Source of the DNA: Rhynchopus sp. YZ270_cl-10 | Lineage: Eukaryota | Direction: 5' to 3' | Length of the DNA stretch: 64,000 bases | NCBI GenBank assembly: GCA_964035575.1 | Contig: OZ037834.1 | Span: 1,922,001-1,986,000 of the forward strand | Shown here: positions 10,985 through 21,396 of the stretch, in pieces | Numbering within the stretch: the stretch's first letter is position 1 | Layout: the number at the start of each line of letters is the position of its first letter | Notes under the pieces: model-generated | Told to the model about the DNA's origin: nothing | What the model saw: only the letters and a program-made list of their open reading frames with translations | Database searches by the model: none | Position numbers and translations under genes: made by a program

Positions 10985-12166
10985 ATGCAAGCAAAACGTA
11001 GGGAAGCTGTAGCACGGATTGTGTCGTTTTTTGCACATCAGGAGTACCCCCCCAGGGTGGGTTCTGGCAGTATGTCACATACGTCACATATTTCACCTGA
11101 AACTGGGGAACGGAGTGACCTTGCGACGCGAAATGCGTTGGCGTTGCGTTACGACACAAATAAGGCAGCTGATGTGACACCTCTCCTCGAACAGCTGAGC
11201 CACCTTGAGGGGGCAAACCACACTGTCGGCAGGCTCACACTTGGTCTTGCTTTACATCGATGCGCAAAACACCAGAAGACCACAGAATTCACCGCCGTGC
11301 TCCGCCGCCTTCAAGACTCGAACCTCTCTGTGCCCCCACCCCTTTCGCAACACGTCCTCCGCTACCTTCATAGAAGCGTTCCACAGCGCGCACTATTCGC
11401 AGAATTGTTCACGCCCTTTGCTCTGATGGATCTTCCCTTCACTAATAAATTCCTGACCAACGCTTTGGCAGAGGTGTGTGCAGTGGAGACTAAGCGAAAT
11501 GATGTGCCCCTCATCATGTTAGGCACCTACAGCGCGGCAGTGCCGACACGGCCTCAAACGATTCGCGCTTTATTGCACAATGAAACGCCAGGAGAGCTTC
11601 GGGAACGGATTAGAACTCACCGGTTAGGTGATTCGCATCAACGCGCGCTGTGGCAGATCTACACCTCAGAGACAGTGGAGGAGGCGCTAGGGGTGTTTCG
11701 GGGTGCAAAGGAGGAGGGGAGGAGGAGCGAAAATGAGCGGCTAGCTTCTGCAGTGTGCGATGTGTGTCTGAGGTTGGGCGATGCGGGGGTGGCGTTGGAC
11801 GTTCTGGTGGAGGTGGGTGAGGCAGGGGGGAAGGAGGGCAGGCTGCGCAACAGAAGCACCCTTTTCCACGTCTGTGAGGTAGGGTGTGTCGCAAAGGGCG
11901 ACCGCTTCTGGACCACAGCCATGGAGGTGCTTGCCGCACACAAGCTCTTTGCTGTGCCCATATCCGCAGGCGCTGCGCACAGTCTCCTCCGCATGCACCT
12001 AGCCCAACGTGATGCGTCAGGTGTCGACACCATCCGTGCTACTATGTCCGACGCGCGAGTCTCCGAGACACCAGAGACAAAACGTATCCTCAAAGACATT
12101 TCGACTGCAACCGGCCAGCACATTGAATTAGATATAGTCAGAAAACGGTTTTTCTCAAGGGTGTAG
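10985..12166 (+). CDS. Hypothetical protein, 393 aa, probably alpha-helical
   Basis: Long ORF with ATG after AAAAA and an upstream TTTAG; coding-like composition. No family recognised. Confidence 0.75.
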   Translation: MQAKRREAVARIVSFFAHQEYPPRVGSGSMSHTSHISPETGERSDLATRNALALRYDTNKAADVTPLLEQLSHLEGANHTVGRLTLGLALHRCAKHQKTTEFTAVLRRLQDSNLSVPPPLSQHVLRYLHRSVPQRALFAELFTPFALMDLPFTNKFLTNALAEVCAVETKRNDVPLIMLGTYSAAVPTRPQTIRALLHNETPGELRERIRTHRLGDSHQRALWQIYTSETVEEALGVFRGAKEEGRRSENERLASAVCDVCLRLGDAGVALDVLVEVGEAGGKEGRLRNRSTLFHVCEVGCVAKGDRFWTTAMEVLAAHKLFAVPISAGAAHSLLRMHLAQRDASGVDTIRATMSDARVSETPETKRILKDISTATGQHIELDIVRKRFFSRV

Positions 12167-12199
12167 GGGTGAGGAGAGTGAGAGGGTAGTTCCTGTGAA

Positions 12200-12319
12200 C
12201 ACGACGTGGTCCAGAAGCACCCGACAAGTGAAATCACTTTGTCATAAAAATGACAAGTGACCACTTGTCATCAATTTCACTTGTCACCATGACAAGTGAA
12301 AGTGGTCCTGGACCATGTG
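12200..12319. mobile_element. Small palindromic MITE-like element with repeated GACAAGTGA motifs
   Basis: Imperfect terminal inverted repeat CGTGGTCCAGAAGCAC / GTGGTCCTGGACCATG. Internal GACAAGTGA and CACTTGTCA copies in both orientations. Confidence 0.55.
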
Positions 12320-12611
12320 AAGGGCAATGTGGATGGGGGGGTGTGTTATAGGAGAGGTGGGCTTTCCTCTGTCTGGCACTGCTGTGTCACTGCAGGGGAG
12401 GGAGGGAGGGAGTGTCTGTGTTTGATGTCAGGTGTAGGTTGCCAATAGCATTAGAGGATGGTGTGTTTTTCTCTCGAATAGAGGTTTTCTCAGCCTCCTC
12501 GCAACGATTCTTTTTAGAAATTTGTTACACTGAAAAAAAAAAAGGTTCACTTTCTGACTATGTCACCTCGAATTCTCTTACCAATATCCAGGAAAAGCTT
12601 TTTTTTTAAAA

Positions 12612-14363
12612 ATGCATCGCCCCTGCCTAACAAGATACTTGAATACGGCACGCCTTTCGAAGGCATACAGTAGTGTACCAAACCCTGCTTTGAGCCACGT
12701 TGTAGGGCCTAGTGGTGAGGAGACTGAGGCATTGTTGGAGAGTAATATTTTTGAGCAATTGTTGAAGACAGCACATGCAAAGGGACGAGATGACGTCTTT
12801 GTGACATGCGCACATGAAGGCTTCCAGAAGACGTGGCATGCATTTGCAGCGGAGGCAAGCGATCTTGCTGCAGGGCTGCTCCGTCTCGGCTACCAACCTG
12901 GAGACAAAATCGGGATCTGGCTGCCCAACTTCTACGAATGGCTGCTCCTCCAATTCGCCTCCCACAAATTGGGTGTTGTCGTTGTGAACATCAACCCGGC
13001 GTACAAAGCAACGGAGCTGGCCTATTCCCTCAACTTCGTCGGTGTAAAGGGTGTTCTTCTTGCAGAAAACTACCAAAAAGCTGCCTTCCGAAACATCATG
13101 GCGATGGTCCCGAAGGAATCTGTTCCGGATCTGCAACACATCTTCACCATCCGAGGTGACAGTACGAACTCTTATGAGGATGAGCTGGAGACGATTCCGT
13201 TGAAGGAGGTCCCCATTGTGGAGAGCAATCTGTCTGTGGCGGAGAAGGCGTTGTTGCAGAAGCATTTTGAGGAGATCAGCCCGCACGATGCAGCGAACAT
13301 CCAATACACCTCGGGGTCCACCGGAAACCCGAAGCCGGCAGCCCTCACGCACCACAACATTTTGAACAACGGCTTCTTCGTGGGCGCAGGGATGCGCTAC
13401 ACCTCTGCAGACAAAGTGTGCATCCCGGTACCTCTGTACCACTGCTTCGGCACGGTGCTTGGTGTTATGGCCAGCATCACCCATGGTGCCCCGGTGTTCT
13501 TCCCTGCACCCACCTTCTGCGAAAAGGCGACAATTGATATGGTCGAGAAACACCACATCACATCATTGTATTCCGTCCCAACAATGTTCATCAAATGTCT
13601 CGAAGAAGTGCATAAACGGGATAACCCAGATCTCTCTTCACTTCGTACCGGGATCATGGCAGGATCAACGTGCCCACCCAAAGTCATGCAGGATGTTTCA
13701 ACAATCATGAATATGAACGAAGTTACCATCTGTTACGGCATGACCGAAACCTCGCCGGTCTCCTTTCAAACCCCCCCAGGAACACCGCAGGACCTAAAAT
13801 GCGAGACGGTGGGCACAGTACTCCCTCATGTTGAGGTGAAGATCATTGATGATAACGGTAACATCGTGCCACGTAACACGGTAGGGGAGCTGTGCACTAA
13901 GGGGTATGGTGTGATGCAGGGTTACTACAATATGCCAGAGGCAACGAAGGAGAGTATCAGCGAGGATGGGTATATGCATTCTGGGGATCTGGCGACGATT
14001 GATGACGACGGGTTCTGCAGGATTGTAGGGCGGAAGAAGGATATGATCATTCGTGGTGGCGAGAACATTTACCCGGCGGAGGTGGAGGCGTATCTGTTCA
14101 CTTCGCCGCTGATCTCAGAGGTGGCTGTCACCGCCGTGCCCCACGATGTGATGGGCGAGCAGGTTGCCGCCTTCGTCGTCCCCAAGGAAGGTGTTGCCCC
14201 GGAAGACATCACAGTCGCCTCCCTCAAGGCCTTCTGCAAAGACCAGATTGCTCACTACAAAGTACCGACAGTGGTGGAAGTGGTCAGCGCATTCCCCTTA
14301 ACCGCAACAGGAAAGGTGCAGAAGTTCGTGCTGCAGGAACAATACGCAGCGAAAACTGCATGA
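12612..14363 (+). CDS. AMP-dependent acyl-CoA synthetase (ACSF2-like, ANL superfamily), probably mitochondrial
   Basis: Motifs IQYTSGSTGNPK, YGMTETSP, GELCTKGY, HSGDLA, GRKKDMIIRGGENIYPAEVE and TATGKVQK. Arg/Ser-rich N-terminus lacking acidic residues. Confidence 0.95.
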   Translation: MHRPCLTRYLNTARLSKAYSSVPNPALSHVVGPSGEETEALLESNIFEQLLKTAHAKGRDDVFVTCAHEGFQKTWHAFAAEASDLAAGLLRLGYQPGDKIGIWLPNFYEWLLLQFASHKLGVVVVNINPAYKATELAYSLNFVGVKGVLLAENYQKAAFRNIMAMVPKESVPDLQHIFTIRGDSTNSYEDELETIPLKEVPIVESNLSVAEKALLQKHFEEISPHDAANIQYTSGSTGNPKPAALTHHNILNNGFFVGAGMRYTSADKVCIPVPLYHCFGTVLGVMASITHGAPVFFPAPTFCEKATIDMVEKHHITSLYSVPTMFIKCLEEVHKRDNPDLSSLRTGIMAGSTCPPKVMQDVSTIMNMNEVTICYGMTETSPVSFQTPPGTPQDLKCETVGTVLPHVEVKIIDDNGNIVPRNTVGELCTKGYGVMQGYYNMPEATKESISEDGYMHSGDLATIDDDGFCRIVGRKKDMIIRGGENIYPAEVEAYLFTSPLISEVAVTAVPHDVMGEQVAAFVVPKEGVAPEDITVASLKAFCKDQIAHYKVPTVVEVVSAFPLTATGKVQKFVLQEQYAAKTA

Positions 14364-14584
14364 TGCTGTTAAACGGTGTGGGGGTGTGTGGTGGAGGGTT
14401 TCTTCCAGATTGTGATGAGATGATGTGAAGGTTGTGACGTTTCATCTTAGCAACGTTTCTCATTGGTGAGTAAGTTGAGCTTTAGGTTGAAGTTCATTCT
14501 GACGATTTGATATTTTTTTTGTGGATTGTTTTTGAAAAAAATAAGCTGAATAATAAAAAAAAACAAAAGTTTATTGACTTTGTA

Positions 14585-14740
14585 ACGCACACTACTTTGT
14601 GAGCGAAAAGTGTGTCATTCACTCACCCAACCGTGCTTCCGCAGCACCACCCACCCTACAGGGGTAGAGGCAGTGTGTGGAAGCGTCATTGTATCAAACC
14701 AAGAAAAGGGGAGGGTGAGGGGAACGGCACGTGACACTTT
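14585..14740 (+). repeat. Dispersed ~155-nt long-stem element, family F (also at 42673-42827 and 56921-57075)
   Basis: Shared ACGCACACTAC..GTGAG..AAAGTGT..TTCACTCACCCAACCGTGCT...GGGTGAGGG..GTGACACTT. Confidence 0.75.
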
Positions 14741-16060
14741 CCCACATTTTTAGAGGTGATCGGGGGTGGGTGGGGTGGTATGTGAGTGATGTATAATACA
14801 CTGCGAGGTTTATGCAACGAATGTTACAGAGTTAATTTTTTTTTTTTAATCTCGACAGGGTCAGGTGAAGAAAGAGAGAGATAGGGAGTTGTTTTTATAT
14901 AACGACGATTGTGCTTTGTGGTTGGGGAGGTGGGAGGGGAGGGGGGTTTTTTTCTTCACTCAAGACCAGTTTAGTTTTACATAACAAACTGATAAAATCC
15001 TATTTTCAAAGAAAAATTGTATAGTGGTGCCCTTTTCTGCTCCTCACCAGATACTCAATCCAATATTTTCCTTTTTCTTTTTCTTGTTTCTTTGACACGA
15101 TTTTTTTTTCCACACACCTTCCAACGTTGTCCTGAGATTTCTGCTGGTCTGATGTTTATTTAGAGTATACTCGTCAGGTGTATTCACCTCTCAGGCGTTT
15201 GCACTTTCAATTTCTCTCTCTCCCAACTTTTCTTTATTTTTTTCCTTCGGATTTTTTGCTGAAAAAGGCCAAGGTAGGTTTATTGACGACCACCAACGTT
15301 GTGTGTTTTGCTCCGCCGGTGAAAATAGCGACATAATTTAGGTATGTTTGGTGTGGCTGAAAGGGGGTATTGTTGTGCTTATTTTCTGCTATTTTGGGGT
15401 CGTCGGCCACACCAATGTTACTACTGCATAATATACCCATTATAGCCCATTCCGGTCACATTCCGACCCCCCTCCTGCACATTCAATAGGGGTAAGACCT
15501 TTAGTTATCCTGTTGTTCAGTGCCTGCGTCCCAGAGGCGTTTTCACCATCAACTTCATCGTTATGAGAGACGAACTGCCCAATGCAAATAAATGGCTTAA
15601 GTTGTGGTTTTACCGTTGTAAGACAACGGTAAAACCATAAGTCAAGCCATTTATTTTGACCGTCGCGCACCATTCTCGACAAAGAGGGGGGATGTATGCA
15701 TTTCTGTGAAGGCTGCACAATATTTGCTTCTGTGTTGGCTCCAGAAAATACAGGGGGTGCACATTTTGTTTGTTTAGTGCCCTCCGTGGGTTGATAGCCC
15801 GCAGGGGATCCAGTGTCTGCGTCCACAAGAGGCGTTTGCACTTCAACTACCATTTGTTTGTCATTTAGCAAATTTTTTTTTTTGAAAAAAAGATGACAGT
15901 GAAAGACTGTACCCAATATTGTGGCAGCTACAGCAAATTATCAAAAAAAAAAAACAAAATAATAATAATTAGTGGAACATTTTAGGGTGCACTAACACTA
16001 ATACAACCAAGTTTTCAAAATAAAAAAACAGGGGTTTCGATACAATTATCCCTAACATAT

Positions 16061-17726
16061 GGCAGCGTCCGCGAAAGACCCCCCCCTAAAGCTAACATCC
16101 ATGCTTATTGGTATTTCACTAATTAAAATTTTGGTATTTTATAAGATTTTTTTTTTAAATGAACTCAGAGTTAAGTTTCTGAGTTCATTAAAAAAAAAAT
16201 CGGTGAAAAATTCCGAGTAGGTATTAATTTAGATAGGAAAAGCTATGTCAACAGCTATGTGTCCCCTTATTTTACCTGTAAATACTAAGGATATACAAGG
16301 AAATCCTCACAAACACCCATATAACCACCCATAGAACAACACAACAGGGGAAATGTAATCAGCAGCCAAAGCATTCGCTCAGGAGCTGAAAACCCGGCCT
16401 TTCCGAGGCCTAAAAAACTTCGCCGAGCTGCAGGTGTATGCAGGGGTTCACTGGCAGGGGGGCAAAGGGTGGGGCGCGAGGAGCTGGATGCGCGAGGTGT
16501 GTAGCTCGAAGCATATGTCCCTCCATATGCAGAAGACAACCACCAAGAGAAAAGGGGCGTCCGCCGTTTACTACTCCTGTAGTTGCATCAGCGACACCCT
16601 CAGGAGGACAGTGACAGCGAGACGGAGGAGGAAGAGGAGGAACAGGCGGACAATTGTCTGTAACTCTTGGAGAGACTCATCACGGAGGTCAATAGGGTCA
16701 CTCAAAAAAGGGGGTTTTCTGCGAGAAAGTCGACGTCGCCGCAGACGACCCGGAGCGTGAAGCTCTTTCGCGCTCTATTTAGAGTGTTCGGAGGGGACGA
16801 CAAGCCTCCACCCCCCTTTCCTACCCCCTTTTTGATAATGGGTTTAGAGACAGATATTAGTGAATTCCTTCCTATATCCTTAGTATTTACAGGTAAAATA
16901 AGGGGACACATAGCTGTTGACATAGCTTTTCCTATCTAAATTAATACCTACTCGGAATTTTTCACCGATTTTTTTTTTAATGAACTCAGAAACTTAACTC
17001 TGAGCAGAGTCCTAGCTTGCCTGGGTCAGTGGGTCAAGCTGACCCAAGTGCCTGGGTCGCGACCCACGAAAAAAAAAAAAAAAAGGAATTAATTAATTTG
17101 GAAATTGGGAAATTCTGATTTTTTTCTGCTTTGGGGGGCCCACCACCTTTTCTGGGGTAAGAAAAAAATATCGACAAAAAAATCCGGCACCGTCCAGGGC
17201 TGGGCCCAATTTTTTTTGCCTGCGGCGCCATTTTTCCTTTTTTGCTCCGCAAAAAAGGGTTCGTAGAGTGACTCTGTGGTGTAAAAAGCTACATTTTTAC
17301 ACCGTACCCTAATTTTTTTCGCCTGCGGCGCCATTTTATATATTTTGTGTTGGGTGATCTATGAACGGGGAGTGATTTTTATGGTTATAGTAGCGTTCCA
17401 TTGAGCAACTCACTAGTCGTAGTGACCAAAATTTGTATCAGTCAAGAACTTGTCCATTTTTCTGAAATGACCCCACCACAGTGAGGGTAGAGCTCGGAAA
17501 ACCCAAAAAAGCCAAGACAAGCCCCCCGAGGCCCAAAACCTCTGCTGACCCAAAAAAAAAATTCTGACCCAGATTTGGCATTTTTTTTCAAAACCAAGCT
17601 AGGACCTAGGACCCTGCTCTGAGTTCATTTTAAAAAAAAATCTTATAAAATACCAAAATTTTAATTAGTGAAATACCAATAAGCATGGATGTTAGCTTTA
17701 GGGGGGGGTCTTTCGCGGACGCTCCC
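16061..17726. mobile_element. Foldback-like non-autonomous element Z with ~235-bp TIRs, flanked by ATAT
   Basis: 16061-16295 is the reverse complement of 16873-17004 joined to 17624-17726. Ends read ATAT|GGCAGCGTCC ... GGACGCTCCC|ATAT. Confidence 0.9.
17005..17616. mobile_element. 612-bp TIR element nested in the right TIR of Z, with a 7-bp TSD (P-element- or hAT-like ends)
   Basis: CTCTGAG|CAGAGTCCTAG ... CTAGGACCCTG|CTCTGAG. The empty site can be read from Z's left TIR. Confidence 0.85.
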
Positions 17727-19164
17727 ATATTTACTTTCCACCTCCCGTTCCCCTCACATAAAATTACTGGCGCCAAAAATAGATTTAACACTTTTTTGGC
17801 TGCGTTCAACGAAAATATTCCCCCTCCTTTTTTTTATAGGTCAAAATTGGTACTTTGTGTTTTCATCTGGGGCTAGCTAGCATCGTACAATGTTGTCAGT
17901 CAGAGGTGTGCACCAAATAGCTACCATTTCTTTTAGTGCCTGCGTCCTTGATGAACGGTGAGGCGTTTGCACTTTTTAGCTTTTCTGGTTCTTTCAACAA
18001 AAATTGACAGTGGAGATTGCACAACTGTGGCAACTACACTACTCCCAACAATTTATCAAAAAAGAAGAAATGTTTTAGTGGAGCACACTCTAGGGTGACT
18101 ACACTAATACAACCAAATTTTCAAAGAAGAAAAAAAGGGCAACACTCATCATCTTCAAGAATGTCTCCTTTTTTTTTTTTGTGTCTCGTTTTTCAGTATC
18201 TGCTTCCTGGCCAAAGAGGCCGTTGGCACACCTTAGCTCGCTTTTTTTGGTGACTAAGCACGAGAGGCTTAGGTTCATCAAAAAACTTTTCATTTTTTTT
18301 TTTGTTGTTGTTGCAACACTCCGGGAATCCGATAACCCCACGGAGTGTCAGTGCCTGCGTCCCAGAAGCGTTTGTTTTTTGCACAACGTCAACTTCACTT
18401 AGATGTCTTAGGCGTCTGTAGAGATTCCTATTAAATGGTAGGTCTCCCTCCCGGGGGGGATGTGGCAGTGAGACTTACTAGGTTCATCTTTTTTGTATTT
18501 TTAGTTTTTTTTTAGAATTAGAGATTAGTGTCAGACTATGTGTTTTTACGAAACGAAAAATTAAGAAATCATTTTGTTGGTAAGGAGTGACTAAGCAACG
18601 AGAGGCCTAGGTTCACTTCTAAAACTGTTTTTATAGGCTGATAGACGTGGCCTGGTATATACCCATTTTCCACTTTTTACCATTTAAACCGATCACCATA
18701 GATCACCACCGACCAAGGCCAGCTTTTTGCCAACGATTTGTCAACGCCAACAAACAACAATAAAAGTGTTTTAGTATAGTAGAGCACACTCTAGGGTGGC
18801 TACACTAATACAACCAAGTTTTCAAAAAAAAAAAAAAAAAAATGTACAGCGCATGTTCTCTCCACACTGTTTCTCCATTCATCCCCCTTCCCTCCTCCTC
18901 ACTGCACTGCATGCTTCACTTATTACATAACATTCTCCTCCCACTTCCCATCCCCCAACCCTCCTCTCGAGATCTCTCGCGCTTCTCTTCGAAATGCCGA
19001 CCAAAATCGATGGCCACAAAAAAAAATGGAATTTTTTGTACTTTTCGACGTTCTCCATGCTTTCCATAAAAAGAAAGATGGTGACATTTTTTGTTGATCC
19101 CTCACCATATACTATCAATTTATTGATTGCATACTATGATGAAAATCTTGGGAAAATGACTATA

Positions 19165-21163
19165 ACACCCACGTTACTAATACCCATTTACGATAATACC
19201 CACTGGGTATTATCGTAAACTTTTTGGGTATTATCGTAAAGTTTTTGGGTATTATCGTAAACTATTTGGGTATTAGTTTTGGGTATTATCGTAAACTTTT
19301 TGGGTATTACCCAGGTACCCAGGTACGATGTGATTTAGCTGGCTACTCGCGCAAGGTATCAGAGGCGCTCGCACGCTGGTGAATGTGCAGACAAGGTATG
19401 GTTTCATCGACCCCAGAGAAAATACAATTTTCACTAAATATATGGGGGGGGGGGGGTTTTTTTTACACAACTTTTTGCATCCCTGTCTTACATCCTCAAA
19501 TTCAGGGTAACCATTTTTCTTGACAATTAACAATTAATCTTTCTCCAAGCGACATAACTTAATTACACCCACATTTACACTCATCACAGGATCGCGAAAT
19601 CTGAACTGCATCAGCGATTGCGCTTCTCCGTCTCCGACATTCTACACCTCAACATACGAAGACCTGGGTGGGAACATTTAGTCAGTCACTGCTATAGCCA
19701 TTAACCCAGGGAGCATAGCTAGTGCAAGAAATTCGACTTTGGCAACCTTCCGGAAAGTCTGTCCTCTGCTCGCGGAGGACTAGACACAAGAAAATATTGC
19801 GTTCCCCCAGAAAACCAGTGCACATTTCACACTCCTTGTGGGTGGTCTTGTTGCCTTTTCGTCATAGTAATTTTGGCCCAGGCATGTTCTTGAAGCATGA
19901 CAATTTAGTGTGTATGGGGCAGGGTGTTGTTTTGTTCTGAATTCTCTTTGTTATAACATCTAAGTCAATCGCGGGTGGTGGTTTGTGTAGCGTGAGGCAC
20001 TCTTTTTAGCAAACTTCCTGCGGCTGCTAAAGTGTTATTTCTTCGGATTTAACAACGTACAGCGTAACATAGTGGTTTCGCCTGGTCGACACAACCTTTG
20101 ATAGATATGGGATAACCAACCCCCTTCGACCCCTTGTGGGTTCACTGAACAAGCCCTAGTGGTAGTTAAACGCGATTGACATTTACATTCCTAGAGATGA
20201 AAGAACAAGACAACACTTCTGTACCCGCGCATCAAAATTGTGGAAAACTTTGCACCCCAAACACCCTCAACAACGCCCGCCAAAAGGCGCCCCTTGTTGC
20301 TGGGAGTTGGTTCTCATGATACCTGCACAGCGGGCATTCCTCTGAGTCCAACGCATGTTTGGCCTGTCTGCGGCGTTGTACTTAAGGTGCACGAAGACAG
20401 GGTCTGGTGGTAAATTTTGCGTAGTACTGCGACGTGGTACTGCGTGGGTCTGGGAATATGGGTACCTGGGTACAGGATATTGGTTGTGTAAGACATCTTC
20501 CACCATGCATTGAGGAGGGTAAGACAGTGTTCGCAGTTTCTACCTGATAGCATTACAACATTTAACTTCTCCACGGGGGTCTTGGGCCGTTCACTCGGTT
20601 CTACCTTGACTACCGGAAGATATTCTTGAGGCCTTTTTGGTCTCTAGAATATCCGGTCTTCCCGAACGGAGGCACACTTTGTGTGTTACTACGACCTGGC
20701 AATTTCCAGCAGTAGGTTAAGTAATCTTTCTTGTAAATTGTTGGATCATTATCTCCTCAGTGCATGAATGCCCCATGTGACTGGACACTTTTGTGTTTGT
20801 CATGTGGAGCTGTGGTTGCTCTTTCACGACTTTTTTCCTGTTCCTGGGTACCTGTTCCTGGACCTGGACCTGGGTACCTGGGTACCTGGGTACCTGGGTA
20901 CCTGGGTACCTGGGTACCTGGGTACCTGGGTACCTGGGTACCTGGGTACCTGGGTACCTGGGTACCTGGGTACCTGGGTACCTGGGTGCCTGGGTGCCTG
21001 GGTACTACCCAACCTGGGTAATACCCAAAAAGTTTACGATAATACCCAAAAAGTTTACGATAATACCCAAAACTAATACCCAAAAAGTTTACGATAATAC
21101 CCAAAAAGTTTACGATAATACCCAGTGGGTATTATCGTAAATGGGTATTAGTAACGTGGGTGT
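19165..21163. mobile_element. Non-autonomous element Y (~2 kb) with ~160-bp TIRs built from TTTTTGGGTATTATCGTAAAC subrepeats; TA target duplication
   Basis: TA|ACACCCACGTTACTAATACCCATTTACG ... CGTAAATGGGTATTAGTAACGTGGGTGT|TA. Confidence 0.9.
20869..21006. repeat. (CCTGGGTA)n 8-bp tandem array inside element Y
   Basis: About 17 units read directly; two inverted units at about 19309-19326. Confidence 0.95.
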
Positions 21164-21396
21164 TATGATAATTACCCCTTCTGAAAATCTTTTCTTTTCA
21201 AACTTCTACACCACCCGTTATACCTTCTATTCAGTAGAATAGTTAGTATATGAAACAAACTTCTACACCACCACCAGATCTCTCATCTAACACAAAGACC
21301 CCCCACAAAAAAAACCTCCCCTTTGCCCCACGCAACTTGGGGCAACATACCCCAAACCCGAGGAGTTTTCCAAAAATCTTTTCAAACCCCCCAAAC

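Larger units (their letters stand above)
8118..11873 (+). repeat. Segmental duplication unit; the upstream copy (~2913-8101) carries insertions and a deletion
   Basis: 2913-4622 matches 8118-9845; 7065-7825 matches 9855-10690; 7828-8101 matches 11601-11873. Confidence 0.85.

Noticed and set aside
16296..16872. Short ORFs inside element Z
   Set aside because: Fragmented, with no recognisable transposase motif; at most a decayed remnant.
20757..21140. ORFs with PGYLGTWV / PRYPGTQV repeats
   Set aside because: Translations of the 8-bp tandem array, which has no stop codon in any frame.
19185..21145. Regularly repeated ~21-bp units resembling a CRISPR array
   Set aside because: No unique spacers and no cas genes; they are subrepeats of element Y's inverted termini.
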